Positions 12,375 to 25,501 of a DNA stretch of 64,000 nucleotides are shown in pieces; the first letter of the stretch is position 1, and the number at the start of each line of letters is the position of its first letter. The notes beneath the pieces were generated by a model. The model was given only the letters and a program-made list of their open reading frames with translations. It was not told the origin of the DNA and made no database searches. Source of the DNA: Malacoraja senta (Eukaryota); contig CM075991.1 of assembly GCA_038087875.1 (NCBI GenBank), positions 3,968,001 through 4,032,000 on the forward strand, written 5' to 3'. The translations under genes and the position numbers were made by a program.

Positions 12375-14422
12375 ACACTGAAAGTTCTGTAATGTTTCTC
12401 TGCTGCATTCAAAAATCGATAGCTGTTATTGATCCACACCAATCTCGGGGCAGTCTTTGGTTGATCGCCCCCTTTCCCTTCCCCTTCCCCTTCCAAAGGA
12501 AATCAGCCACAACACTGTTAAATGTTTACACCAGCCTTGGTTTTGAAAAGAAATTGCATGTCGATCCGGAAAATCTCAATATGTGAAAAGACAAACTGAT
12601 GATAAAAGATAAAACTGTTTAAATACGAAATGGCAATTATAATATAACCAGTACTAATCAGCAATCTGTGTAGTGTGATGTTTATTACGGCATTCAGCCA
12701 TCAACGTATCGTTTGATGACTTGGACATTCAAATGCCTCTCTGGGATATGTTCATTAGAATGAAATGCATTTGGTGTCACGGTGGCTACATCTGAAGTTT
12801 GAAACAATTACTGCAAGCAAAGAACGAATCTCTGTAATTCTAAAAAAAAAACATCGTTTTGGCCACGGGACCCATCTCGGATTATTCGCAAACTGGTGAT
12901 CGAATGAGAGTCCCCCCCCCCCCCCTAAATACATGATTGCAGTGGCTTTGCAGACCCGTTCCCGCAGAACGAGATACAAGGATCGTTAAAATGCTGCTAA
13001 TTCGGTTGATAGTAATCGACGCCATATTTACATTGAACTGAAACTTAACCATTGGGGAATTAGCCAGCCTGAAAGCAGGTACCATCCATCATAACATTTA
13101 AGAGACATTTGGACAGGTACCCATTGGATCGGAAAGGTTTAGAGGGCTATGGGTCAAACGCGGGCAATTGGGACTAGTGTAGATGGGACATGTTGGTCGG
13201 TGTGGGCAAGTTTATATGAATTATGAACATTGAGGATATTTAAATCGTGTGACCTAACCGGAAACCAAAGGGGCAGCGAATGCCTGGGCGATAGATGAGC
13301 GGGTTTGTGTGGTGTAGAACTGGGGCAACCTCAGGTCAATACAAGCAACTGACCAAGAACGTAGTGGTAACGCGTTATAGTTTGGCAAAGATGTTTCAAC
13401 GTGGACACACTCGAAGCCGCTTACACCAAGCTTTGCTCCTTTACCACAATGTTAGGCCCCTATTTATAGTGTATTTATATTCTGAAGAAGTGTCTCGATC
13501 CGAAACGTCACCCATTCCTTCTATCCAGAGATGCAGCCTGTCCCGGTGAGTTACTCCTGCATTTTGTCTATCTTCGGTTTAAACCAGCATCTGCAGTTCC
13601 TTCCTACACTTCAGTTTAGTTTATTATCACTTGTACAGTGAAAGGCTTGTTGTTGCGTGTTGGACAGCCAGCAGAAACACTATGCATGATCACAATCGAG
13701 CCTTCCACAGTGTACTGATAGGAAATTCAGATGTTGGAGTAGAGTTTTAAAAGAGTGGAGGACTGTAATGAGTAATTGCAGACCCACTTCTGGGACCAGC
13801 GCGCAGAGGGTCGCTTGGCTTGGCTCCATCTTGGTATCCAGGGTGTATATTGATGTACATTTCTTCTGTTTAAAATAATTGTATGAAAACATCAATAAAA
13901 ATTAAGTTAGACAAAAATACCGGAGAAACTCAGCGGGTGAGGCAGCGTCTTTACATCTGCAGATCCTTCTTAAATAAAAATTAAGATGTCGTTTCAACGA
14001 TCCAGGGTCCACTCGAGTCCCTGCGGTGCCAGCTGATCCAATGAACCAACTTGCACTTTATAGCGACACCCTGGCACAATTATAACATACGCCGACACAA
14101 CAAAGTGTGTCCCTCGACTGTCAAAGCCTCTTTAACCGAGTACTGCTGCCAATGCCAGCGGAGGTAGTGCAGGGCGAGAGGGGAGTGGTGGTGGATGTGT
14201 GGTGGGCGGGTTTGGTACGACACAGGCATAATAGAGACCTTGGATCTTATCATTCGCTGTGTGACACTGCCACCTAGTGACTACCGGCAGAGATGCTGAA
14301 TAACCTGGCAGGAACCTTACATGGATAAAAAACGGAGGTACACAAAAATGCTGGAGAAACTCAACGGGTGCAGCAGCATCTATGGAGCGAAGGAAATAGG
14401 CAACGTTACGGGCCGAAACCCA

Positions 14423-15050
14423 AAGAACTGGTTGGCAGACAGGAAGCAAAGAGTAGGAATTAATGGGTCCTTTTCAGAATGGCAGGCAGTGACTAGTGGG
14501 GTACCGCAAGGCTCGGTGCCGGGACCCCAGTTATTCACAATATATATTAACGATTTAGACGAGGGAATTAAATGTGACCTCCAAGTTTGCGAATGACACA
14601 AAGCTGGGTGGCAGTGTGAGCTGCGAAGAGGATGGTAGGAGGCTGCAGGGTGACTTGGATAGGTTGTGAGTGGGCAGAAGCATGGCAGATGCAGTATAAT
14701 GTGGATAAATGTGAGGTTATCCACTTTGGTGGCAAGAACAGGAAGGCAGATTATTATCTGAATGGTGTCAGATTAGGAGAAGGGGAGGGGCAACAAGACC
14801 TGGGTGTGCTTGTACATCAGTCACTGAAAGTAAGCATGCAGGTCCAGCAGGCAGTGAAGAAAGCTAATGGCATGTTGGCCTTCATTGTGAGGGGATTTGA
14901 GTTTAGGAGCAAGGAGGTCCTACTGCAGTTGTACAGGGCCCTGGTGAGACCGCACCTGGAGTATTGTGTGCAATTTTGGTCTCCTAATTTGAGGAAGGAC
15001 ATTATTGCTGTTGGGGGAGTGCAGCTTATGTTCGCCAGGTTAATTCCCAT
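14423..15050 (+). mobile_element. CR1 LINE ORF2 fragment covering part of the RT domain (frameshifted)
   Basis: [24 protein letters not shown], a degenerate FADD-equivalent region, and WQMQYNVDKCEVIHFG...[14 protein letters not shown]. Confidence 0.92.
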
Positions 15051-16451
15051 TAACCTCACATTCCTATTAAATCTTTCCCCCTTCACCTTAAACCCATGTC
15101 CTCTGGTCCTCGATTCACCTCCTTGTTCGCTGTTGCTATGATCCTTTGATGGGCTCCCTTGTGGTTTGTGGCTTCCCTTTGAACGGCCATCACAGCCCAA
15201 GGAAGTCAGTGGGTGACGTGGGAGGGAGAGACAGCGAGGGGGGAGGGGGGAGGGGGGATAGGGGGTGGGTACATGGGATGAGACAGGAAGCTGAGACAGT
15301 CCTTTCAGGCATTGAATCAGCAAGAACCATCTTTGAACTGTCAGCATTGTGGTTCCCCCACCAAAGACAGCAGGCTCCAAGCCGGTGGGTTGAATGCTTT
15401 GAACAAAGGGAATTGGACTCCAAGGGTTGTTTGTTACAGTGGAGCCAATGCACGGGGCCTGTGATCGTGGTAAACCCCAAGAAACAATGAGATAACAAGC
15501 AGCACACAAACTCTTTAAGCTGCTATTTTAATGACATGGGTTTCTTGATAACTCATGAAGGGAGAATATAATGGTTTTTGATCCTCATGACTTTGAGTCA
15601 CAGTGTCGCCTTTGTTTTGGAAAACATGTTTCCGTTGTCTGAAGAAGGTCGTGTTCAAGAAGGAACTGCAGATGCTGGAGAATCGAAGGTAGACAAAGTT
15701 GCTGGAGAAACTCAGCGGGTGCGGCAGCATCTATGGAGCGAAGGAAATTGGCAACGTTTCGGGCCGAAACCCTTCTGCAGACTGATGCAGGGTGGGGGGA
15801 GCGGGAAGACGAAAGGAAGAGGAGGAGCCAGAGGGCCGGGGAGAGCAGCTGGCAGAGCTGCTGGCTCACAACGCCAGAGGCCCGGGTTCAATACTGACCT
15901 CAGGTGCTGTCCATATGGAGTTTGCATGTTTTTCTCATGACTGAGTTTGTTTCCTCCGGGCGCTTCGGCATCCTCCCACATCCCAAAGATGTGCGTGTTT
16001 ATCGGTTAATTGGCCACCTGTAAATTGCCCAAGTGTGTAGGGAGTGGATGAGTGGGTGGGATAACATGGAACTGATGTGAATGGGTGAAAGGGCCTGTTT
16101 CCATGCTGTATCTCTAAAACCAAAAACTGGCTGACAAAAATGATCGACTGATCTCTGGTTTGTGATTTACTTGTACTGGAATATAATGGAATTTGTGGGA
16201 CAGAGTCTTGTAATGTTACTTACTCTGTCTTGGAGAATTATTTCCAGAACCTTCCTTAAAATGGTTGGTTTTAATTTTATTAAACCGCTGTATTCCCCCA
16301 AAATATTTTAAAGTTCCTAAATGGTCTGCAATTGTATATTCATATATTTCAAAGACATACAGCCCAAGGTGTACCTGCAGTCTGCTGTACCCACAGTCAG
16401 AAACAGAAGGGCAACTGTGCATGTGTAAATTTGTAAATTTACTATTCAATG

Positions 16452-16640
16452 TGGGAGCTCCGATACGGAGACCACGGGGGAGCTCCGACACAGAGACTAC
16501 ATGGGAGCTCCATCGCGGAGGCCAGGTGGGAACTCCACCTTGGAGACCATGGGCGGAGCCCCATTGTGGAGACCATGGGGGAGCTCCATCGTGGAGACCA
16601 TGGGGGAGCTCCATCGTGGAGACCATGGGGAGAGCTTCAC
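16452..16640. repeat. 25-bp tandem repeat, about 7 copies
   Basis: Unit GGGGGAGCTCCATCGTGGAGACCAT; GACCAT recurs at 16571, 16596 and 16621, with more degenerate units upstream. Confidence 0.9.
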
Positions 16641-16803
16641 TGCAGAAGGCTTAATGAATTGCTTGCGTAAGTGCGAGTTTACTTAAGCTGTCAAAGCTGT
16701 AAGTCGGGGCTTGCCTGTAATCTGAAACGTAGACCCTGCTTCTACCTCCAAAGACGCCGCCTGTCTTGCTGAGCATTCCCAGAGCTTTGCTGCTTTCCCT
16801 CTT

Positions 16804-17210
16804 AGAAACATAGAAACATAGAAAATAGGTGCGGGAGTAGGCCATTCGGCCCTTTGAGCCTGCACAGCCATTCAATATGATCATGGCTGATCATCCAACT
16901 CAGTATCCTGTACCTGCCTTCTCTCCATACCCCCTGATCTCTTTAGCCACAAGGGCCACCTCTAACTCCCTCTTAAATATAGCCAATGAACTGGCCTCAA
17001 CTACCTTCTGTGGCAGAGAATTCCACAGACTCACCACTCTCTGTGTGAAATTTAATTTTCTCATCTCGGTCCTAAAAGACTTCCTTCTTATCCTTAAACT
17101 GTGACCCCTTGTTCTGGACTTCCCCAACATCGAGAACAATCTTCCTGCATCTAGCCTGTCCAACCCCTTAAGAATTTTGTAAGTTTCTATAAGATCCCCC
17201 CTCAATCTTC
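16804..17210 (-). mobile_element. CR1 LINE 3' fragment
   Basis: RGDLIETYKILKG...GYGEKAGTGY plus tail; near-identical by eye to the 11580-11990 copy. Confidence 0.9.
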
Positions 17211-19627
17211 ATTCCCAGCGTTTATTGTACTTCACTTTTATCTACTCTGGAGTTCAAAACCGTTAAATCTAGTCCTGGGAAGTGGACAGATACACTTAAT
17301 GTTGTAAATCCCGGCTACGGATGCTCTGTGGTTTGAGGCCTACAGCTGTGTTTAATTGTGAAATCATGCCACATCATTTTTGATGTATTTTAACCCTGTT
17401 TGAACTTCCAATAACTTGGCCTACTGGTAATTCTTCAAAGCTTTTGTGTTTCTCCTGGTCCTGTGGTGAACAAGCAATGACTAAATGGGAGGTTGGGGAT
17501 TCAGCCTGGGTATTGGATACTGTTCCAACTTTTCATGAGTTCCAAATGGTTTTCATAACCCCGTGGAATTACTGGCTGTTCTGGAGGTGTAATTGAAACA
17601 TTCCTTCTCCGTGTGAAACCTCCTCTAACCCTCTGATCCTCCAAGGTTTCCACATTCATCTAGTTCCAGCCTCTTAGTCTTTAGACTTTACTTTAGACTT
17701 TGAAGCAGGCTCCACATGCCACCAAGTCTGCTCCGACCAGCAATCACCCCATACACTAGTACTATCCTACACACTACAGACAAATTATGATTTTTACCAA
17801 AGCCAATTGACCTACAAACCTGTATGTCTTTGGAGTGTGGGAGAAAACCAGAGCACCCAGAGAAAACCCACTTGATCACTGGGAGAACGTACAAACTCCA
17901 TATAGACAACATCCAGAGTCAGGATCGAAACTGGGTCTCTGGTGCTGTAAGGCTGCAACTCTACCGCTGCACCACCATGCAGCCCCAGTACAAAATAAAA
18001 TCATCCCTGGATTTAACCACTTTTGGCTGTGTCTTTCACTATTGAGACCTCAGGCATTTGAATGCTGTCTCCAAAGCTCCCAAACATATATTTGTGTAGG
18101 AAAGAACTGCAGATGCTGGTTTAAATCAAAGGTAGACACAAAATGCTGGAGTAACTCAGCGGGTCAGGCTAACATCTCTGGAGAGAAGGAATGGGTGATG
18201 TTTCGGGTCGAGACCCTTCTTCAGACTTTCATATACTTTCTTGCTTTTAGATGCCCCCTGTTTGGTAAACTGAGTGGTGAGAGAGTAGTTAAGGGGAATG
18301 ACAGGTTTGCTCTGAGTATTAGCATGGACTTGATTTGCTGAATGGCCTTTGGTGCATTGCGAACACTGAACATGAATAATATCCACTCAAAGTTACATTT
18401 AATTTAGCATCCACCACGTGATCTCACATTGCCTATTTTGCCTCTTCTTCCCCATTCCCATCGCTTGCCCTCATCGATAGAAAAGGTTTAGAGGGATGTG
18501 GGCCAAACTCAGGCAGGTGGGGCTAGCATTGATGGGGATATTGGTTAGCATGGGAAAATTGGGCCGAAGGGCCTGTATGTCCCTATGTGTTCCCACAGTT
18601 GTTCTGCTCTTGGTAACCTTTCACTTGGTAACCTTTCACCATGAACAGCTGGAAAGGGAGCAGATGGATTATTCAGGAGAAATGTTACACAACCTTCACC
18701 GACTCACTTAGATGGATGGGGCAACAAAGGGTGGCGGGATGGGGACAGAGATACCCAACCGTCCCCATGAGATGCAACAAGTCATTAAAAAAGATGGAAA
18801 TGCAGGCAGGTGGGCCAAGCCAGTGCAAGAGCATGAGCCTTTGGGTTGGCATGGTTTGATGTGCGTGCTGGGGCACTTGGACACAAGAGCCAAGTCAGTC
18901 ATAAGGTTTAGGTCCACATTTCATGAATTTACAAGCATTTGGTTTTATCCCAGTTGTGGCCTGAATTTCCCAAGATTTAAGGGTCCCAGCAGGTGAATGT
19001 TGGCTGGAGATGTTGGCTCCAGCAGGTAAGTCCATGTACAGCCGTGCTTGAGTCCAAGGTCCTGGTATTACTTGAAAACCTTCTTCGCCCCGGCATTCCC
19101 TCTCTCTCTATCCCTCCCCCACCCATGTCGCACCTGCTTCTTGTTTTCATCCAACTAACAGCTAACAAAGGCCTGTTTCCTTTATCATCGTTACTTTTTT
19201 GCATATCTTTCATTCAATTGTTCTTTATCTCTCTACACCATCGTTTATAACTCTTGTTTCCCTTTCCCCTGGCTAGTCTGAAGAAAGGTCTCGACCCAAA
19301 ACTTCACCCATTCCTTCTCTCCAGAGATGCTGCCTGTCCCGCTGAGTTAATCCAGGTTTTTGTGTCTGTCCTACTTTTGTCTTTTTGTCACCTGTACATT
19401 TGTCACATACGCCACCCATCTGCCAAGCACCCCCCTAACATGTATCCACTTGCCAGGCTTTGCCACATCACACCTCTTTTTTCCAACTTTCTCCCCCCCT
19501 TCTCCACTCAGTCTGAAGAAAGGACCCAATCTGAAATGCCGTTTGTTTATTCCCTCCACAGATGCTGCCTGACGCGCTGAGACCCACCAGTACTTTGTTT
19601 CTTGAAGACTACCCACTAATCTAACCC

Positions 19628-20392
19628 AGATTACTATCTAAATGGCGTCAAGTTGGGAAAAGGGGAAATACAATGGCATCTGGGGGTCCTTGAACATCAG
19701 TCTATGGAAGTAAGCATGCAGGTACAACAGGCAGTGAAGAAAGCGAATGGCATGGTGGCCTTCATAACAAGAGGAACCGAATATAGGAGCAAAGCGGTCC
19801 TTCTGCAGTTGTACAGAGCCCTAGTGAGACCACGCCTGGAGTATTGTGTGCAGTTTTGGTCCCCTAATTTGAGGAAGGACATTCTTGCTATTGAGGGAGT
19901 GCAACGTAGGTTTACAAGGTTAATTCCCGGGATGGCGGGACTGCCATATGCTGAGAGAATGGAACAGCTGGGCTTGTACACTCTGGAGTTTAGAAGGATG
20001 AGAGGTGATCTCATTGAGACATATAAGATGTTAAGGGCTTGGACACGCTAGAGGCAAGAAACATGTTCCCGATGTTGGGGGAGCCCAGAACTAGGGGCCA
20101 CAGTTTAAGAATAAGGAGTAAGCCATTTAGAAGGGAGACGAGGAAACACTTTTTCTCACAGAGAGTGGTGAGTCTGTGGAATTCTCTGCCTCAGAGGGCG
20201 GTGGAGGCAGGTTCTCTGGATGCTTTCAAGAGAGAGCTAGATAGGGCTCTTAAAAATAGCGGAGTCAGGGGATATGGGGAGAAGGCAGGAACGGGGTACT
20301 GATTGGGGATGATCAGCCATGATCACATTGAATGGCGATGCTGGCTCGAAGGGCTAAATGGCCTACTCCTGCACCTATTGTCTATTGTCTAT
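19628..20392 (+). mobile_element. CR1 LINE 3' fragment, (TCTATTG)n-tail subfamily
   Basis: ORFs 19653..20051 and 20039..20302 give a frameshifted ORF2 C-terminus; the tail is CTATTGTCTATTGTCTAT. Confidence 0.92.
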
Positions 20393-20911
20393 AATCCACT
20401 GTTGATTTCCTCCAAAAATTTAGTCTATTTTAAGGATGGAATAAACCACGGCAATTTCTCCCAGTAACAGCGGCATTACTTTTCCTGAAAAGAAATGCAC
20501 TGAGTGGAGGATGATTGCAAATAAATAACATGTATGACCACGGTGGTGCAGCAGTAGAGCTGCTGCCTCTCAGCACCAGAAATGGTTCGATCCTGACTGC
20601 GGGTGCTGTCTGTATAGTTTGTACATTCTCCCCATGACCGCGTGGGTTTTCCCCAGGTGCTCCGGTTTCCTCCCACACTCCAAAGACGTATAGGTTTGTA
20701 GGTTAATTGGCTTTGGTAAAGATTGTAAATTGACCTTAGCGTGTAGGATAGCATTAGTGTACGGGGTGATTGCTGGTCGTCGCAATCTCGGTGGGTCGAA
20801 GGGCCTGTTTCCTCGCTGTATCTCTAAACTAAGCTAAACTCAATCTCAGTTTTTTTTATAATGCAAGAAATGATAGCCCCACAAAACAGGATGTGATTAA
20901 ACCATCACAGA

Positions 20912-20917
20912 TTTATT
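20912..20917 (-). terminator. Candidate STC1 polyadenylation signal (AATAAA)
   Basis: AATAAA on the - strand at the end of an AT-rich non-repeat block (about 20880-21300), followed by GT/T-rich sequence. It implies a ~4.3-kb 3'UTR. Confidence 0.45.
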
Positions 20918-23239
20918 TGCCATATTAATGAATGTAATTATAACTTTAATATTTAAGTTACAAACATACAGTTACAAAACAGACAACATTCAGGAAGCCT
21001 CGAGTGCAAATCACTGACTCACAGGAAAATAAATTGTGCAGCATCTGCATCGCGAAACAAGGCACAAGAAAGGAAAGACCATCAATTACAATGTTTGGAA
21101 TTGAAAATAAATAACATATAATATCATTATTGAAATGTGTTTGGACTCTACCTGACAAGTTGGCGTCTCTCAAGTTAGTTAGGGGCCATCCATAATTTTC
21201 ACATTGGTTCTGAGGAGGGTGTGGAAAGGGGACAATATGCCGCGCTATAATGCATGTGAACGATGCCATCCTTAGAGAGAAATGCTTGCGTTTATCGAGG
21301 ACCTGATCGAATCACCTCAAATGAGAAACTGCCAGGGTGGTCGGACATATTGAAAATGTTGCTGGACTCCCCCTTTGAGTGTTGCCACTAGACCCTGCAA
21401 ACTGCAATGGGCTGAATGGCCCATGGGCAAGGTTTTACCGGGGGCTCATGTTACCCTCAGGTTGCACGACTATGGCCTGTTAGCAGCGTCTTTCCAGCCA
21501 CTAATTAAACAACAAGATATTCATGGCTTGTTCCTCACTGGTGCCGGGCAGGCGTCATTCTGCTGGTCAGCTGACAGGAAGAAACCTGAAATAGTGGTTC
21601 TTTTCTTTATCGTAAAGGATATTACGTAGACCGAGAAGGCCTCCAACTTCCCAAAAAAGAGGAGCACGGGTCATTATTTTCATGTTCATAAGTGATAGGA
21701 GCAGAATTAGGCCATTCAGCCCATCAAGTCGACTCCACCATTCAATCCTAGCTGAGCTATCTCTCCATCCTAACCCCATTGTTCTGCCTTCTCCCCATGA
21801 CCCCTGACAACCGTTCAACTTTGGGAAATTGGAGCAGCTTCAGACCACTTGGTGACTGAAGGCTTCATATATGTTCCTTGGCTTGAGAAAGTGATTTGTT
21901 GTGTTCCTGGTCCTACAATGGTTTGACTTTGAACTGCTGAAGGACTGAGTTTACCTGCTGGCATTTTTATATTTCTTTATTTCTCAGTCATGCCTCTGGA
22001 GCCAGGGGCAATTTATTTGACTGGTTGTGGAGCAGTTAGGTTGTGTTGGGAGTCCTACGGGCCTGGTTTTGGGAACAAGAGTAGACGCATTTGAAAAGCA
22101 TGTAGGTTTGCAGGTTAATTGGCTTGGTAAAATTGTACATTGTCCCTAGTGTGTGTAGATTAGTGCTAGTGATAGTGGATGACTCGTCGGCACGGAGTTG
22201 GTGGGCTGAAGGGCCTGTTTCCACAATGTATCTCAAAAACAAAGGAGTAGGCCACCCAGCCACTCGAGAACATTTCACCATTTAGCAAGATCGTGACTGA
22301 TCTCCGCATCATTTTCCGACCTATCACCTATCCTGCGATTCAATGTCCAGACGTCTATTAACCAGTTTAGTTTAGCTTAGAGATATAGCATGGAACCAGG
22401 CTCTTCGGCCCACCATGTCCATGCCGACCATTAGTCACCAGCACACTAGTTCCATGTTATCCCACTTTTGAATCCTACACACTAGGGGCGATTTCCAGAG
22501 GGCCAATTAAACTACAAACCTACACCCCTTTGGATAGAAACCGGAGCTTCCGGAGAAAGCCCACACGGTCCCAGGGAGAAAGTACAAACTCCACACAGCC
22601 TGGACCCGCAGTCGGCATCGAACCCGGGTCTCTGGCGCTACTGCTGTGCCACTGTGGCGGCTTAGTTGTGAATGCTAACCCAATCACTGAACCTTCAGGC
22701 CCCTTGGGTGGAGAGAATCCCAAAGGTGAAGACATTTCCCCTCACCTCTGTCCTAAAGAGTGTGTGGTCCTGAAGTCTAGACTCCTTAGTCAGGATTCTT
22801 CCTGTGTCTACCACAGTAGGTGAACCTCCAATATTTCAGGAGCTTCCAGTCAGTAGTGCTGTTGTTTTAATATTTAGCTTTAGTTTTAGAGATACAGCGT
22901 GGAAACAGGCCCTTTCACCAACTGGGTCCGTGCTAACCAGCGATTCCTGCACACTAATGCGATCCTATACACCCTATGGTCAATTTACAATTATACCAAG
23001 CCAATTAACCTACAAACTTGTAGGTTTTGGAGTGTGGAAGTAAACCGGAGATCACGGAGAAAACCCATAGCAGGTCACGGGGTATAAACTCCGTACAGAC
23101 AGCACCCCTAGTCAGGATCGAACCTGGGTCTCTGGCGCTGTAAGACTTTGTGAGATAGTGGTGCTGGTGATGGGATGGTTAAAACACACAGCCACAGTGA
23201 ATTATGCAGTAGGGTGTTGACCTGCTCACCATCGAAGAG

Positions 23240-23420
23240 ATGTACAGGGGGGTGGGGCACAGCCTCAAGAAGGCAACTAATGTCATCAAAGACCCACACC
23301 ACCCTGGCCAAGTTCTCATCTCGCTGCTACCATCAGGAAGAAGGTACAGGAGCCTGAGGCCCATGACCTCCAGATTCAAGAACTACTTCATCCCATCAAC
23401 ACTTAGGATCCTGAACAACT
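23240..23420 (+). mobile_element. Rex1/Babar-like LINE 3' fragment
   Basis: VIKDPHHPGQVLISLLPSGRRYRSL...RFKNYFIP motif; related copies lie at about 60540-60740 and about 61630-62040. Confidence 0.75.
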
Positions 23421-23482
23421 CTGCACGACCCTACCTCATCACTGGACCACTATGCACTTTGTGCTACTAAGGTTGCACTAAT

Positions 23483-23809
23483 GGGCCTGTCCCACTTACG
23501 TGACTTTTTTGGCGACTGCCGACACCCATCATAGATCGCAGTCAGATTTTCAACATGTTGAAAATTCAGCGGCGACCAGAAAGACGCTACGACTCTTTGG
23601 GTGAGTGAGGAGACGACTCACGACCATACACGACCCTGGGTGACATGTCGTGGGGTGAAGCCTGTTTGGTCGTGAGTAGTCGCCCAAAGAGTCGTACTTT
23701 GTCCTGGTCGCCGCTGGATTTTCAACACGGTGAAAATTTTCGGAGACCTGCTGCGACAATGACGGGTGCCGGCAAGTCGCTGAAGAAATCGCGGAAGTAG
23801 GACAGGCCT
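23483..23809. mobile_element. Palindromic MITE, PIF/Harbinger-like
   Basis: Termini GGGCCTGTCCCACTT / AAGTAGGACAGGCC, with long internal inverted segments such as CAGCGGCGACCAG / CTGGTCGCCGCTG and ACGACTCTTTGGG / CCCAAAGAGTCGT. Confidence 0.75.
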
Positions 23810-25227
23810 GCACTGTTACTTTATGGTGTATTAACTTGTTGTGCTGTTGTGTTTAGTATGCTTGTGAAGCTGCAGCAAGTAAGAATTCCATTGTCCCAAT
23901 CCTGGTGCAGATGACAATTTAAACACTCTTGACTCTAAACTTGGTGGAAAATGATTCATTAACAACCAAAGCCACTATTTCTGGGTCCACTTTACTAGTC
24001 ACAGTATCTTATCAACAACCTGTGGACCTTGATTGGGTGTAGGTAGGAATTGCAGATGCTGGTTTACACCAAAGATAGACACAAAATGCTGGAGTAACTC
24101 AGCGGGTCATGCAGCATCTCTTGGAGAAAAGGAATAGGTGATGATTCGGGTTGGAACCCTTCTTCACACTGCGACCCTGATTTAGTTTTTGGTATCGATC
24201 TTAAAGCCAGTTACAGCTCCCATTACTCCAAGCATGCATTGAGCCCCAGTGTCATTACCCTGAAGGTCGCAAAGAGAATGTACAGTATTTTCTCTGAATC
24301 TAAAGTGGTTCAAACATAGTTGACTATTATGCTACCTGGTCTCAGATAATGGTTTGACTTTTGCTCACACTTTTCTCTATTTGGAGATGTAACATAGTGT
24401 AGATGATCATGGAGCACAGAAACAGGCCCTTCAGCCCAACGTCCATGATGCCCCATCTATGCTAGTCTCATTTGCCTGTGTTTGGCCCAGATCCCACTAA
24501 ACCTTCCAGATGCATGTGCCTGAAAGATGATATATTCACGACAACACCTGGCTGAGGCACAGGGTTAAGCCAACTCTCCATATGTTGAGATAAACCTTCA
24601 GAGGTATTTTCCCAGAACAAGATAGACACTGAATCAAAACGTCACAACTTGTTCGGGCACCACGAGGAAGCCTCCACTTGCTCAGGAGGGATCTATTTTC
24701 CTAACTCCAGAAAGAGCTGTCGGTTCTATGCTTAACGTGAACTTCTTATGTCTGAGGTATTAACTTATCAGGAAGGAACCCACTCACGATGACAGACTGG
24801 GGAATAACAGTGATCTCTTCTGGAGATGGAGAGCTTCATACGTGTCCAGAATGGCCATTAATTCATAAGGGATCTCAAGGGATGTTTGATCTTGGTTCTA
24901 TAGGGACGAGGGACTTCAGCAGCTCAAATGGAGGGCTCACCTTGTCAAGGCAATTTTACCATGTGATGATTTGGACCGGACGCAAGCCAAGAATAGAGAT
25001 GTTCGCATATGCATTGCCAACCCACCAACGCTCACCGCTCACCTCCTAGCTTTGTGCTCGAGTTGGGGGTGCGTGGTTCCTATCAGCTGCCACGACTTGA
25101 TCGCTGCCTGTTTCATGAGTTACACTGGGGACACCTTGGTTCTGCAGCTAGTTACAGGCCTCCCATTCTAATCCACCCTCCCCCTCCACCCTCACCCCCC
25201 CCCCCCCCGCCCCCCTCCCTCCGGTTA

Positions 25228-25501
25228 TCACTCGTTCTCAGCCGAGCTCAGCTTGGGGCCTCTCCGGGGGGGAGCCTCGTTACTGCTGAGATTTCGCAGG
25301 AAGATGCGGAGCTTCTGGTGTTCGGCCGAGGAGCGGCTGTTGAAGGTTCCCCGGTTGGGCAAGGTCAGGCAGCGGTCGCTCTGCAGCAGGTGGATGAAGC
25401 CCGACAGGTGAGAGCCCAGCCCCGCCATCATGTTCTCCCTTATGCTGTTCACTGTCTCCTCGTCACACTCCAGAAGGCTCCTCAATAGCTTGTTGTAATA
25501 C
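25228..25501 (-). CDS. STC1: Stanniocalcin-1 exon 4 (coding part)
   Basis: ctccag|GTATTAC; 274 nt to TGA, followed by TAA: YYNKLLRSLLECDEETVNSIRENMMAGLGSHLSGFIHLLQSDRCLTLPNRG...AENE*. The four exons total 774 nt, giving 257 aa plus stop. Confidence 0.96.

Noticed and set aside
16452..16640. CRISPR-like array of palindromic repeats
   Set aside because: The units are directly tandem with no unique spacers, there are no cas genes, and the context is vertebrate.
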